Positions 1 through 11,822 of a stretch of 38,951 bases of DNA are shown piece after piece. Source of the stretch: Isurus oxyrinchus (Eukaryota); NCBI GenBank assembly GCA_026770705.1, contig JANJGN010000385.1, positions 397,050 through 436,000 on the forward strand, given 5' to 3'. Made by a program: the position numbers and the translations under genes. The stretch's first letter is position 1. Each line of letters opens with the position of its first letter. A model generated the notes under the pieces. It saw only the letters and a list, made by a program, of their open reading frames with translations. It did not search any database and was not told the DNA's origin.

Positions 1-420
1 CACACACACCGACACATGGACACAAACACAGACGCGCACACGCACACACACACACACACACACAGAGGCACACACACACATACACACTNNNNNNNNNNNN
101 NNNNNNNNNNNNNNNNNNNNNNNNNNNNNNNNNNNNNNNNNNNNNNNNNNNNNNNNNNNNNNNNNNNNNNNNNNNNNNNNNNNNNNNNNNNNNNNNNNNN
201 NNNNNNNNNNNNNNNNNNNNNNNNNNNNNNNNNNNNNNNNNNNNNNNNNNNNNNNNNNNNNNNNNNNNNNNNNNNNNNNNNNNNNNNNNNNNNNNNNNNN
301 NNNNACGTACACAGACGCACACACACACCTAGACACAGAGACACACACACACATACAGACACACACACAGGCATACACACACAAACAGACAGAGACGCAC
401 ACACACATACACACATACAT
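1..420. repeat. (CA)n-rich microsatellite interrupted by an assembly gap
   Basis: Degenerate CACA/CAGA runs on both sides of the N-run; the ORF 16..486 is just its THTH translation. Confidence 0.95.
89..304. other. Assembly gap (N-run)
   Basis: Run of n characters. Confidence 1.
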
Positions 421-544
421 TTCCTGATATCTCAGTTCCACACTGGATCACTCTGGATCACTGGCCTGGTTTTTGGGCTGTGTTGAAATATTCTGTTTAG
501 ATGCTCCTTTAAACCGATCTCTTTGACAAAGATTTTGGTGAAAC

Positions 545-1430
545 AAACATACGAACACAGGAATGAGGGGCAGGAGGAGGCCACTCAGCCCCTCGAGCCT
601 GTTCCGCCTTTCCATAAGGTCATGGATGACCTGATTGTAACCTCCACCCCACATTCCCTGCTCACCCCTGATGACCTTTCACCCCTTTGTGAATCAAGAA
701 CCTATCGAGCTGCGCCTTAAAAATATTCAAAGACTCTGTTTCCTGCCTTTTCAGGAAGAGTTCCAAAGCCTCACGACCCTCTGAGAGGAAACATTTTCTC
801 CTCATCTCTGTCATAAATGATCAAACCCTTATTTTTAATCAGTGATGCCTAGTTCTAGCTTCTTCCACAGGAGGAAACATCCTCCCGACATCCACCCTGT
901 CAAGGCCCCTCAGGATCTTAAATCTCTCAATCAGGTCTCCCCTTCCTCTTCTAAATGCCAGTGGATACAAGTCTAACTTGTCCAGCCCGTCCTCATAAGA
1001 CAACCCGCCCATTCCTGGTGTTGGTCCAATAAACCTTCTCTGAACTGCTCCTGATGCATTTACACCTTTCCCTAAATAAGGAGGCCAATACTGAACACAA
1101 AGCTCCAGATGTGGTCTCCCCAGCCCCCTGTATAACTGAAGTGTAACCTCCCTACGTTTGGATTCAATGCCCCTCACAGTAAATCATAACATTCTATTCG
1201 CTTTCCGAATTACCTGCTGTTCCTGCACACTAACCTTTTGTGATTCATGCACTAGGACACCCAGATCCCTCTGAATCTCAGAGCTCTGCAATCTCTCACC
1301 ATTCAGATAATAAGCTACTTTTTTATTCTCCCTGTCAAAATGGACAATTTCACATTTCCCCACATTGTGCAATATTTGCCCATTCACTTAACCTCTCTCT
1401 GTCAATTTGTAGCCTCCTTACACCCTCTTC
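545..1430 (-). mobile_element. CR1-clade LINE, degenerate 3' ORF2 and tail
   Basis: Minus-strand ORFs ...RPHLELCVQYWPPY...RRGRGDLIERFKILRGLDRVD and KCEIVHF...QRDLGVLV match the CR1 RT C-terminal region. Confidence 0.85.
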
Positions 1431-2096
1431 ACAAGGTCATCTGTCCTTAACATCACCTTATGTGACTCAGGGTCTTGACAGGTTTTAGTCAACAGTAAAC
1501 AGGCAGAAATTGGAGTTTGATTAATATTCATATATTTCTTTGATCAAATTATCAATAAATGATACATTGAAAAGGGTGACCTGTATTTATTGAATGACCA
1601 GATCGTCACGAAACACTTTACAGTCAACGATATATGTTTGAAGCAATGTCATGTTGTAATGTAGGAAACACGGCACCAACCTGTGCACAGCAAGATCCCA
1701 CAAAGCAAGGTGACAGTGATCTGATAATGTATTATTTTAATGAGGTTGTTTGATACGTATATAGAGATCACATGTATAGGGTAGGTCACTAATGTCCATT
1801 TAGTGAGGAAAACCTGTCCATTTTAACAGGTCTGGGTGTGTATGTGACTCCAGTCTGTAACACCAACATGGTTAACTCTTACCTGCCCTCTGAACTGGTC
1901 TCCCAGTTTGGGACAAACCAGTGGTTCAGGAGGAAGACCCCCCACCACCTTCTCAAGGGGAAACTAGGGATGGACAATAAATGTCAGCATTGCCCGAGAA
2001 TGAGTATTTAAACACTGAGTGAGTGTATCGCTTCTCGAGATACATCGGAGCATCATTGTAAACCTGTAGTGCAGTAATTAATGGCTGTTTTTACAG

Positions 2097-2193
2097 GTAG
2101 AGACTCCAGTAAATGGACAGTAGGATTGTTCACGGCTGGGATCATGTTGAGTGTTTTCCTGTTTGGAATGTTCATCTTCATCTGTGTGAGAAA
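2097..2193 (+). CDS. Siglec-like gene A, transmembrane exon (97 bp, phase 1 to 2)
   Basis: ttttacag|GT AGA...AGA AA|gtaagt; encodes RDSSKWTVGLFTAGIMLSVFLFGMFIFICVRK; paralogous to and same length as the exon at 37479-37575. Confidence 0.85.
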
Positions 2194-2589
2194 GTAAGTC
2201 TGAAGATTTAACTTGATTTTAATTTAAATATTTACTTCAAAGTTCTTTCCTTAAGTTGGTGATTGTTTCCCTTGGGATCAGCACCAGGTCCCTCTCTGTA
2301 AGTGATCCCTGTGTCCACTCTTATCCGGAGAGAACCTTTCATTGTCCTGTATCCAGGTAAACGATCACGAGACCCAGAGATTCCTCACTCTGCACGATTA
2401 CTCCTGGATTGTATCAGGTCACCTTGTGATTCCACACAACCGGAGTGGTGGTTATAACCATCAGGAACGATTGAACAGTCTGGGTATTGGGACTAATTGG
2501 ACAGTTTTTTCAAAGGGCCAGCACAGGCACGATGGGCTGAGTGGCTTCCTCCTGAGCTGTGAGATTTTTAATTCTTACATCGAATGTGG

Positions 2590-3020
2590 CTGTCACTGGT
2601 GAGGCCGCTATTAATTGCCCATCTCTAATTGCCCCTTGAGAAGGAGGTAGTGAGCTGCCTTCTTGACCCGCTGCAGTCCATGTGGTGTAGGTACACCCAC
2701 AGTGCTGTTAGAGAGGGAGTTCCAGGATGTTAACCCAGCGACAGTGAAGGAACGGTGATATATTTCCAAGTCAGGATGGTAAGTGACTTGGAGGGGAACT
2801 TCCAGGTGGTGGTGCTGCCCTTGTCCTTCTAGATGGTAGAGGTCGTGGGTTTGGAAGGTGCTGTTGAAGGAGCCTTGCTGAGTTGCTGCAGTGCATCTTG
2901 TAGATGGTACACACACTGCTGCCACTGTGTGTTCATGGTGGAGGGAGTGAATGTTTAATGTGGGGGATGGGGTGTGGATCAATCGAGCTGCTTTGTTGTG
3001 GATGGTGTCAAGCTTCTTGA
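2590..3020 (-). mobile_element. LINE 3' fragment (family encoding ...KLDTIQDKAARLI..HSLHH..)
   Basis: Same sequence family recurs at 5490, 9410, 34965 and 36250. Confidence 0.75.
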
Positions 3021-3152
3021 TTCTGTGCTTTGTGCAGAAGTGATTTAAAGAGACAGTCCAGTCGTTGGTGTAAGGTTTTAGTGGGCTCTGTATCTGTGGT
3101 GCACTGACTCTCTGCTATATGATAACCACAGTGTGATATTGTGTTATTGCAG

Positions 3153-3234
3153 GAGAAAGACAGCGATGGAGGAGAGAGTTTCAGGGACCAGTGACATTGC
3201 ATTGAGCCCCAGTCCACTCTCTGTGAAGCACCAG
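3153..3234 (+). CDS. Gene A cytoplasmic exon, copy 1 (82 bp, phase 2 to 0)
   Basis: ttattgcag|G AGA AAG...CAC CAG|gtacag; continues the TM exon in frame as (K)RKTAMEERVSGTSDIALSPSPLSVKHQ. Confidence 0.8.
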
Positions 3235-3369
3235 GTACAGGAGCTGTTTACACTCACTCCAAAGCTTCAATCTCAGTGTGTAGACAACATATGTCCCAGA
3301 TTCCCTGCCCAGTTACCCACTGATTTGTACCTGTGGAGTCAGCAATGGTTCAGTATCATGCTGTCTCTC

Positions 3370-4129
3370 TGTTATGACACAGCAACTGGTAAAGGCTGTT
3401 GTTTAAAATCCCAGAAGGAAACTTTAAACAACTGTCATAACCTATATTTCCCAGTGGAATGTTTGAGATGCAGCTTTAAATTCAGGAATAAGACCACCAG
3501 TTCTCGAGATGGGTTTATATCAAACTACATAAGCCATTTATTAATTAACACAAGTTAAACATTTGCACATGGCTACAAGCTAGTATTATCATGGCTTTTT
3601 AACAAATTCCCAAACTAATCTCCTCTAACACAACCCATAGACTTTAGGCAGATTCCAAGCAAAGCATTTTCACCTCACAAATTCCAAATGAGGTTCCTTT
3701 CACTTTGGTTCCTTTGCAGACAGGTGTAGGCTTACAGCTGCTTTGATGTTACAAGCCTCTGCTCTGCACACACAAAACTGCTCAAGTTATACCCAGCACT
3801 TTTCTTTGAATGTAAATTCTCATTGTATCATCAGGACCTTTGATCTCCATCTCTTCTAACTATAAATCCCCTTTCATTGTCTCAATTTTATTAGTAATAT
3901 AAATGTTGATTGTTTTAAGATTTCGATCTCAGGCACTGAATGCGCTGTTTAAAAATGCAAATTACCTCTTTGCCTCCCTGTTTACATCTCAAAACTACTA
4001 TACATCAAAGTACCCAGACTGGCTGGCTTTAATCTAATTTATACACACACAGACACACCCACAGAATAAACCTCTATTTTAATAAAAATAATTTCCAATA
4101 ACATGATATTCATTAATCGCATCATGTCA
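3370..4129 (-). mobile_element. Solo-LTR-like element, copy 1
   Basis: Termini TGTTATGA...TCATGTCA; homologous to 6277-7020 and 11823-12651. Confidence 0.55.
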
Positions 4130-4276
4130 GTCTCTCTCTCTATTCCTACCTCTCTTTCTTTCTCTCTCTCTCTCTCTCTCATTCTCTCTCTGATTACAAG
4201 GTTCATGTTAATGAGCCTCAGATCAGACACTTGAGTGCAGAATCCAAACCAGCTCTCGCCAGAGCCATTACCGAGG

Positions 4277-4523
4277 GATTGCTGCACTGTCAGAGGGTCA
4301 GTACTGAGGGAGTGCTGCATTGTCGGACGGTCAGTACTGAGGAAGTGCTGCACTGTCGGAGGATCAGTGCAGAGGGAGTGCTGCACTGTTGGTGGGTCAG
4401 TACTGAGGGAGTGCTGCACTGTCGGAGGGTCAGTACTGAGGGAGTGCTGCACTGTCAGAGGGTCAGGACTGAGGGAGCGCTGCATTGTCGGATGGTCAGA
4501 ACTGAGGGAGTGCTGCACTGTCA
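4277..4523 (+). repeat. 33-bp minisatellite (GTCAGTACTGAGGGAGTGCTGCACTGTCRGAGG)n, about 7 copies
   Basis: Direct tandem copies; gives 11-aa periodic ORFs. Confidence 0.95.
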
Positions 4524-4665
4524 CATGTGGTTTCTATCATATGACATGAGAGAGAGCGTTAAACCTACTGAGACACGACCGACACTAGCGAGGCTGCACA
4601 ATAATTTAACCCTATCAGTGCCAGTAAATGATGTGAGGATGTCTTCTGTTTCCATTTCTCTGTAG

Positions 4666-4914
4666 GGTAAACAGAACGTGCTGATTACTGAGCCCCGGAA
4701 CACAACCAGAGACACAACTAGTGAGGGGGAGACCCCATCTCCCCGGGGTCTCTCTGAAGGTCCAGTGGGAGGCGCTGCTGGACATGGGAACGCCGACAAT
4801 CCCGCCGAGCTTCTCTACGCCAATCCCCAAGTCTTGAGGGTTTCCAGTGGTGATGGGTCTGTCCACAGGGAAGAGGAGACGGAATACGCACAGATTAGGT
4901 TCGAGCATAACTGA
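4666..4914 (+). CDS. Gene A terminal cytoplasmic exon, copy 1, with ELLYANP and TEYAQI tyrosine motifs
   Basis: ttccatttctctgtag|GGT AAA CAG... to TGA; ends ...EEETEYAQIRFEHN*, resembling the C-terminal TEYSEI/V motif of CD33-related Siglecs. Confidence 0.85.
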   Translation, partial: GKQNVLITEPRNTTRDTTSEGETPSPRGLSEGPVGGAAGHGNADNPAELLYANPQVLRVSSGDGSVHREEETEYAQIRFEHN

Positions 4915-5447
4915 ATGAGAAATGGGGAGAGGGAGTGAGGAGGTGTGGGTGTGGGGGTAGGGATTGAGATTCCTGGGAACAGGAAACAACTCACCGGGGG
5001 ACAGGGGGAGAGAGGGAGGAAGGGATGGGATTGGGCTGCAGTTGGTGTGGTTTGGAATGAAATGCTTCTCCAGAGAGGACTGGATGCTGAGCCATTGGGG
5101 ACCGAGATTCACTGTCTCTCTCTGTCTCTCTCCCTCTCTCTCTCTCTCTCTGTCTCTGTCTTTCTTTCTGTGTCTGTCTCTCATTCTTTATCTCCAGCTC
5201 CTCCTTTAAGATGCCCGTTAATAACCTACTTTGTTAACTCAGCTGTTGGTCTCCTGTCCCTAATATCTCCTCATGTGCCTCAGAGTCAGGTGAAGATGTG
5301 ACTAACAATCCCCGGATGAGCCTTGGGACGTTTTGCTACATTGAAGGTGCTAAAGAAATGCAAGTTGTTGTAGTAACTCTGATCTGCTTCGATTAACAAT
5401 GGAACCACAAAGGCTCCTTTGACAGGGCGTGTGTGCAGCAGGATCAC

Positions 5448-5453
5448 AATAAA
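5448..5453 (+). terminator. Putative polyadenylation signal of terminal exon copy 1
   Basis: AATAAA ~530 bp after the stop codon, conserved at the same place in copy 2. Confidence 0.5.
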
Positions 5454-5489
5454 TACATTGATCTGTGAGATTTTTAAATTCTTTCATCG

Positions 5490-5940
5490 AATGTGGCTGT
5501 CACTGGTGATGTCAGCATTAACGCCCATCCCTAATTGCCCTTGAGAAGGTGGTGGTGAGCTGCCTTCTTGACCCGCTGCGGTCCATGTGGTGTAGGTACA
5601 CCCAAAGTGCTTTTAGAGAGGGAGTTCCAGGATTTTGACCCAGCGACAGTGAAGGAACGGTGATATATTTCCAAGTCAGGATGGTGAGTGACTTGGAGGG
5701 GAACTTCCAGGTGGTGGTGTTCCCATGTGTCTGCTGCCCTTGTCCTTCTAGATGGTAGAGGTCGTGGGTTTGGAAGGTGCTGTTGAAGGAGCCTTGCTGA
5801 GTTGCTGCAGTGCATCTTGTAGATGGTACACACACTGCTGCCACTGTGTGTTCGTGGTGGAGGGATTGAACGTTTAATGTGGTGGATGGGGTGTGGATCA
5901 ATCAGGCTGCTTTGTTGTGGATGGTGTCAAGCTTCTTGAT
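5490..5940 (-). mobile_element. LINE 3' fragment (duplicate of 2590-3020)
   Basis: Near-identical to 2590-3020, with an extra ~14-bp segment. Confidence 0.75.
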
Positions 5941-6072
5941 TTTGTGCTTTGTGCAGAAGTGATTTAAAGAGACAGTCCCATTCGTTGGTGTAAGGTTACA
6001 GTGTGCTCTGTGTCTGTGCTGCACTGACTCTCTGCTATATGATAACCACAGTGTGATATTGTGTTATTGCAG

Positions 6073-6154
6073 GAGAAAGACAGCGATGGAGGAGAGAGTT
6101 TCAGGGACCAGAGACATTGCATTGAACCCCAGTTCACTCTCTGTGAAACACCAG
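6073..6154 (+). CDS. Gene A cytoplasmic exon, copy 2
   Basis: Same splice sites and phase as copy 1; (K)RKTAMEERVSGTRDIALNPSSLSVKHQ, open frame. Confidence 0.75.
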
Positions 6155-6276
6155 GTACAGGAACTGTTTACCCTCACTCCAAAGCTTCACTCTCAGTGTG
6201 TAGACAACACATGTCCCAGATCCCCACTGATTTGTACCTGTGGAGTCAGCAATGGTTCAGTATCATGCTGTCTCTC

Positions 6277-7020
6277 TGTTATGACACAGCAACTGGTAAA
6301 GGCTGTTGTTTAAAATCCCAGAGGGAAACTTGAAACAACTGTCATAACCTATATTTCCCAGTGGAATGTTTGAGATGCATCTTTAAATTCAGGAATAAGA
6401 CCATCAGTTCTTGAGATGGGTTTATATCAAACTACATGAGACATTTATTAATTTACACAAGTTAAACATATGCATGTGGCTACAAACTAGTATTATCATA
6501 ACTTTATAACAAATTCCCAAACTAATCTCCTCTAAGACAACCCATAGACTTTAAGCAGATTCCAAGCAAAGCATTTTCAGCTCACAAATTCCAAATGAGG
6601 TTCTTTTCACTTTGGTTCCTTTGCAGACAGGTGAAGGCTTACAGCTGCTTTGATGTTACAAGCCTCTGCTCTGCACACACAAAACTGCTCAAGTTATACC
6701 CAATGCTTCTCTTTGAATGTAAATTCTCATTGTATCATCAGGACCTTTGAACTCCATCTCTTCTAACAATAAATCCCGTTTCATAGTATCAATTTTATTA
6801 GTAATATAAACATTGATTGGTTTAAGAATTCACTCCCAGGCTTTGAATCCTCCTTTTAAAAATGCAATATGCCTCTTTACCTCTTTGTTTACATCTCAAA
6901 ACTACTATACATCAAAGTACCCAGACCGGCTGGCTTTAATCCAATTAAAACACACACACACACACCCACAGACTAAACCTCTGTTTAAAAAGACAATTTC
7001 CAATTACAGTACATACATGA
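6277..7020 (-). mobile_element. Solo-LTR-like element, copy 2
   Basis: Duplicate of 3370-4129; right end approximate. Confidence 0.5.
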
Positions 7021-7158
7021 ATAGATTCAAAATCCTTCCTCTCTCTTTCTCATCATTTCTCTGATTACAAGTTTCATGTTATTGAGCCTCACACCAGGCA
7101 CCTGAGTGCAGAATCTGAGCCAGCAGTCGCCAGAGACATTTCAGAGGGATTGCGAAAC

Positions 7159-7392
7159 TGACAGAGGGTCAGTACTGAGGGAGTGCTGCACTGTCTGAGG
7201 GTCAGTACTGAGCGAGTGCTGCACTGTCGGAGGGTCAGTACTGAGGGAGTGCTGCACTGTCGGAGGGTCAGTATTGAGGGAGTGCTGCACTGTCAGAGGG
7301 TCTGTACTGAGGGAGTGCTGCACTGTCGGATGGTCAGTATTGAGGGAGTGCTGCACTGTCAGAGGGTCAGTACTGAGGGAGTGCTGCATTGC
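7159..7392 (+). repeat. 33-bp minisatellite, about 7 copies
   Basis: Same unit as 4277-4523. Confidence 0.95.
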
Positions 7393-7534
7393 CATAGGTG
7401 GTGACTTTTATATGATATGAGAGAAATTTAAACCCACCGAGACATGACTGACACTAACGAGGCTGCACAATAATTTAACCCTATCAGTGCCAGTAAATGA
7501 TGTGTGGATGCCTTCTGTTTCCATTTCTCTGTAG

Positions 7535-7783
7535 GGTAAACAGAACGTGCTGATTACTGAGCCCCAGAACACAACCAGAGACACAACTAGTGAGGGGGAG
7601 ACCCCAGCTCCCCGGGGTCTCTCTGAAGGTCCAGTGGGAGGCGATGCTGGACATGGAATCCTTGACAATCCCAACGACCTTCTCTACGCCAATCCCCAAG
7701 TCTTCAGGGTGCCCAGTGGTGATGGGTCTGTCCACAGGGAAGAGGAGACGGAATACGCACAGATCAGATTCAAGCGAAACTGA
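7535..7783 (+). CDS. Gene A terminal cytoplasmic exon, copy 2 (DLLYANP, TEYAQI)
   Basis: Intact acceptor, open frame, same 249-bp coding length as copy 1; ends TEYAQIRFKRN*. Confidence 0.8.
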   Translation, partial: GKQNVLITEPQNTTRDTTSEGETPAPRGLSEGPVGGDAGHGILDNPNDLLYANPQVFRVPSGDGSVHREEETEYAQIRFKRN

Positions 7784-7984
7784 GTGTGAAACGGGGAGAG
7801 GGGGTGAGGATGTTTGTGGGTGGGGGCAGGGCTTAAGATTCCATGGAACATGAGACAACCCACTGGGGGACAGGGGGAGAGAGGGAGGAAGGGACTGAAT
7901 GGATCTGTGGTTGGTGTGGTTTGGAATGAAATGTTTCCCCAGTGACGACTTGATGCTGAGTCATTGGGGACAGAGATTTAGTGT

Positions 7985-8140
7985 CACTCTCTCTCCTTCT
8001 CTGTCTCTCTATCTCTCTCTCCTTCTCTGTCTCTCTCTCTCTCTGTCTCTCTATCTCTCTTTCCTTCTCTGTCTGTCCCTCTCTCTCTATCTCTCTATCT
8101 CTCTCCCTCTGCTTCTCTATCTCTCTCTCTCTCTCCTCCT
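7985..8140. repeat. (CT)n-rich microsatellite in the 3' UTR (shorter counterpart at 5114-5185)
   Basis: Degenerate CT dinucleotide run. Confidence 0.9.
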
Positions 8141-8382
8141 TTAACATGGTCCTTATTAACTGCCTTTGTTAACTCAGCTTTTTGTCACCTGTCCCTAATA
8201 TCTCATTATGTGTCTCAGAGATGGATTTAAATGTGGTTAACAATCCCCTGAAGAGCTTTGGGATAGTTTGCTACATTATGGGTGCTATATAAATGCAAGT
8301 TGTTGTAGTAATATTGATCTGCCTCGATTCAGAATGGAAACACGGAGGCTCCTTCGACAGGGCATGTGTGCAACAGGCTCGC

Positions 8383-8388
8383 AATAAA
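8383..8388 (+). terminator. Putative polyadenylation signal of terminal exon copy 2
   Basis: AATAAA homologous to 5448-5453. Confidence 0.5.
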
Positions 8389-9409
8389 TGCATTGCACAG
8401 CAACAACTAAGCATGTCCTTTGATGCTGATGCATCCCAGTCCTGCTGTGTGGACACATCAAAACCGAGGGACTGCCTGACTGCGTGCAGCCAACATGGCC
8501 GAATAGTAATTAGCAGAAATGTGACGTCACTGAACCTTGTTAACATTTCAGAAAGTGCTTTCTGAATTCTGCAACTTGTTTATTCCGTGATAGATTACAA
8601 GAAGCCTTTGCATTTTCTATAATATTACATTTATTGTCACAAGGGATTGAAATGCCCAGACAACTCTGTACAGATATATTTTTATTAAACATCTTTCTCC
8701 AGGACAACCTTCCTGCTCCAATCTGTTATTTCATATCATTGCATTTCCCCACCAAATTATCAAAAATTCCTGTGTCCACATTTATCATGAAAATTTCCCA
8801 TGTAAACATGTCACACTGTACTTACACTCTCTTGCCAGTGGTGGTGCTGTAGGTGCACCAAATTCTTTCTCAGAGACTGCAGGACATCTCCCAGTTATCT
8901 TTACAATATTATTAAGATACAGGAAATGGGGACAATCTTCACCCTGTGTTTACGATATTGTTAAGACAGAGAGCTGGTGAAACCTCCCCCCCTCCACAGA
9001 GTTAAGGGCAGGGTCATTTCTGGCTGTGAGACCCCCACACTCATTCCATGCCCCCTGTTCATTTCTCCATCCCTGGTCTAACTTAGCGCTTTTACACATG
9101 AAGTGCGGGGCCCACAGGAAAGTGTGGAAGGGCTGCCCATCGCAGCTGGAACAAGGATCCTGGCGGGTCTCCCAGGAAAGAATGGCGGAGTGGGGGAGGG
9201 GGAGCAGTGGGGTCAATATCCACACCCTCCTCAACACCCCTATCACTGTCACTACCAAGAGGGAACATCAGTCTCGAGACAGAGACCAGAATGTGACCAA
9301 CTGAGACAAACTGAGACTGAAACCAGCATCAACCAGTGTCCCAGCAAATAAGGTCAGAGTAGGGGAAATGGGGAAAAGACAGAAAGGTTCTTAATCTGAA
9401 TGCACACAA

Positions 9410-10145
9410 GAGGGAATCTAACCATCTATCCTTGATATTCAATGGCAGCACCATCACTGAATCTCCCAGTGGTAACAGCCTGGGGGTTTCCATTGACGAG
9501 AATCTGAACTGGGTCAGCCACATAAACATTGTGGCTACAAGAGCAGTTCAGAGGCTGGGAATCCTGCGGTGAGTAACTCACCTCCTGACTCCTCAAATCC
9601 TGTCCATCATCGACATAGCACAAGGCAGGAGTGTGAATGGAATACTCTCCACTTGCCTGGATGAGTGCAGCTCCAACAACACTCAAGAAGCTCGACACCA
9701 CCCTGGACAAAGCAGCCCCGCTTGATTGGCTCCCCCTCAACCACAGCAACACTCACTCCCTCCATCGTCAATGCACAGTGGCAGCAGTGTGTCCCATCTA
9801 CAACATGAACTTCAGCAACTCAGCAAGGTTCCTTCAACAGCACCTTCCAAACCCACAACCTCTACCATTGAGAAGGACAAGGGCAGCAGGCATAGGGGAA
9901 CACCACCACCTGGAAGTTCCCCTCCAAGCCACACATCATCCTGATTTTGAAATATATCGCCATCCCTTCACTGCCACTAGGGTCAAAATCTTGGACTTCC
10001 TTCTCTAACAGCATTGTGGGTGTACCTACACCACATGGACTGCAGAGGGTCAGGAAGGCAGCTCACCACCACCTTCTCAAGGTAATTAGGGATGGGCCAT
10101 AAATGCTGGTCTAGCCAGTGATGCCCACTTCCCATGGAAGAATGA
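9410..10145 (+). mobile_element. LINE 3' ORF2 fragment and tail
   Basis: ORF MEYSPLAWMSAAPTTLKKLDTTLDKAAPL; same family as 2590 in the opposite orientation. Confidence 0.8.
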
Positions 10146-10189
10146 ATATATAAAACATTAATTTGGAACAAAATGAATGAAGTTATAGC

Positions 10190-11820
10190 ACAAATAGAGA
10201 TTAATGGGTACGATAAGATGGACACTGCAGAGAGTTGGTTGCAAGGTGACCAAGGTTGGAAATTGAAAATTGAAGGATATTTGGTATCTTTGAAAGGATA
10301 GGAAAAATGAAAAGGAGGTGGGGTCGCTCTGTTAATAAAAGATGAGACCTGTAAAGTAGTGAGAAATGATCTTGGCTCAGATGTCAAGATGCACAGTCTT
10401 GGGTGAATATAAGGAATTGCAAGGGAAAGAATGTCTGATGGGTTGGTTTATACTCCCCCTGACAGTAGTTACACTGCAGGGATAGATTATAAATCAATAC
10501 ATCAGGAGGTTTATGAGAAAGGCACCACAATAATCATGGGAGTTTTCAATCGTCATATCGATTAGACAAATCAGATTAGCAAATGTAGCTTTCAGCGAGA
10601 TTATACAGATTGTATTCAGGACAGTATTTTAGAACAATCCAACATAGAACCAACCAGGGAAGAGGCTGTTTTAGTCCTGGCAATGTTTAATGAGACAAGA
10701 CTAATTAACATCTCATTGTAAAGGACCCTCAAGGGAAGAGTAATCATACGGTGTTGAAACTTAATATTCAGTTTAGAAACTTGGTTCTGAAGCTAGTGTC
10801 ATAAACTTAACTAAAGGCAATTACAAGGGTTAAAAGTAGAGTCAGCCCAAGTAGGGTGGGACAGCAGGTTAAAGTGGGGGGGGGGTAGATGAGGAGTAAC
10901 AGGCGTCTAAAGAGATGTTTCATAAATGCCAATGAAGATATTTTCCAGTAAGAAAGAAAGAATCTATAAAAAGGATGGAGCATCGGCGGCTAACTCAGGA
11001 AGCTAAGGACGGTATCCAATTGTGAGATAAAGCCGGCAATGTTGGGATGCTTAGTGATAGGCTGGAGATTGGGAATATTTGAGAAACCAGAAAAGTGAGG
11101 GGAGAAATATAAGGAGGCAGAAATGATGATATGAGAGTAAACTAGCAAGAACCATAAACAATGACAGTGAGATGTTGTACATTAAAATAAGAGAGAAGCT
11201 ACAGTAATAATGGGACACAGAGAAAATCAGACTGGGGAATTAATAATGGGAAACAAGGAAATGACAGAGACTTTCAACAAGAATTTTGTGTCTGTCTTCA
11301 CAGTAAAAATCTCTAAAACCATCCCAATAGCAGGAGAAAGTCACGGTGCAACAAGGAGGGAGGAACATAAAACAATCACTATCACCAGAGAAAAAGTATT
11401 AAGAAAACTAATGAGACAAATGCTGACAAGTCCCATGGAGCAGACGGCCTGAATGTGAGGGTCTGAAAGGAAATGGCTGCAGAGAGGGTGGATGCATTGG
11501 TTGTAATCTTCCAGAATTCCTTAGATTATGGGAAGGTCCCAGCGCATTGGAAAAACATAAATGAAACACCTCTGTTCAATAAAGGGAGGAGGCAGAAAGC
11601 AAGAAACTACAGGTCAGTTCGTCTAATATCTGTCATTGGGAAAATACCAGAATTCATTATGAAGGAGGGAGCAGCAGGACATTTAGAAAACCATAATTCA
11701 ATCAGACAGAGTCAACATGGGTTTGTGAAAGGGATATCATGTTTGAAAAAATAATTAGATTTCCTCGAGGATGTAACAAGTGGATTGGATAAAGGGGAAC
11801 CTGTAGATGTGGTGTATTAG
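10190..11820 (+). mobile_element. CR1-clade LINE ORF2 (endonuclease to RT start), degenerate
   Basis: Remnant motifs ESWL, GGGVAL, PTREEAVL, IFQNSLDYGKVPAHWK, NYRSVRLISVIGK, SQHGFVKG. Confidence 0.85.
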
Positions 11821-11822
11821 GG

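Larger units (their letters stand above)
2557..8395 (+). repeat. Tandem segmental duplication, two ~2.9-kb units (2557-5462, 5463-~8395)
   Basis: Both units start ctgtgagatttt...catcgaatgtggctgtcactggtga and have the same order: LINE piece, 82-bp exon, LTR-like element, minisatellite, terminal exon, CT tract, AATAAA. Confidence 0.92.

Noticed and set aside
16-486. His/Thr-rich ORF
   Set aside because: CA microsatellite spanning an N-gap
4039-4665. Cys/His-periodic ORFs resembling zinc fingers (also 7141-7404 and 32269-32983)
   Set aside because: Translations of the 33-bp minisatellite, open in several frames and on both strands
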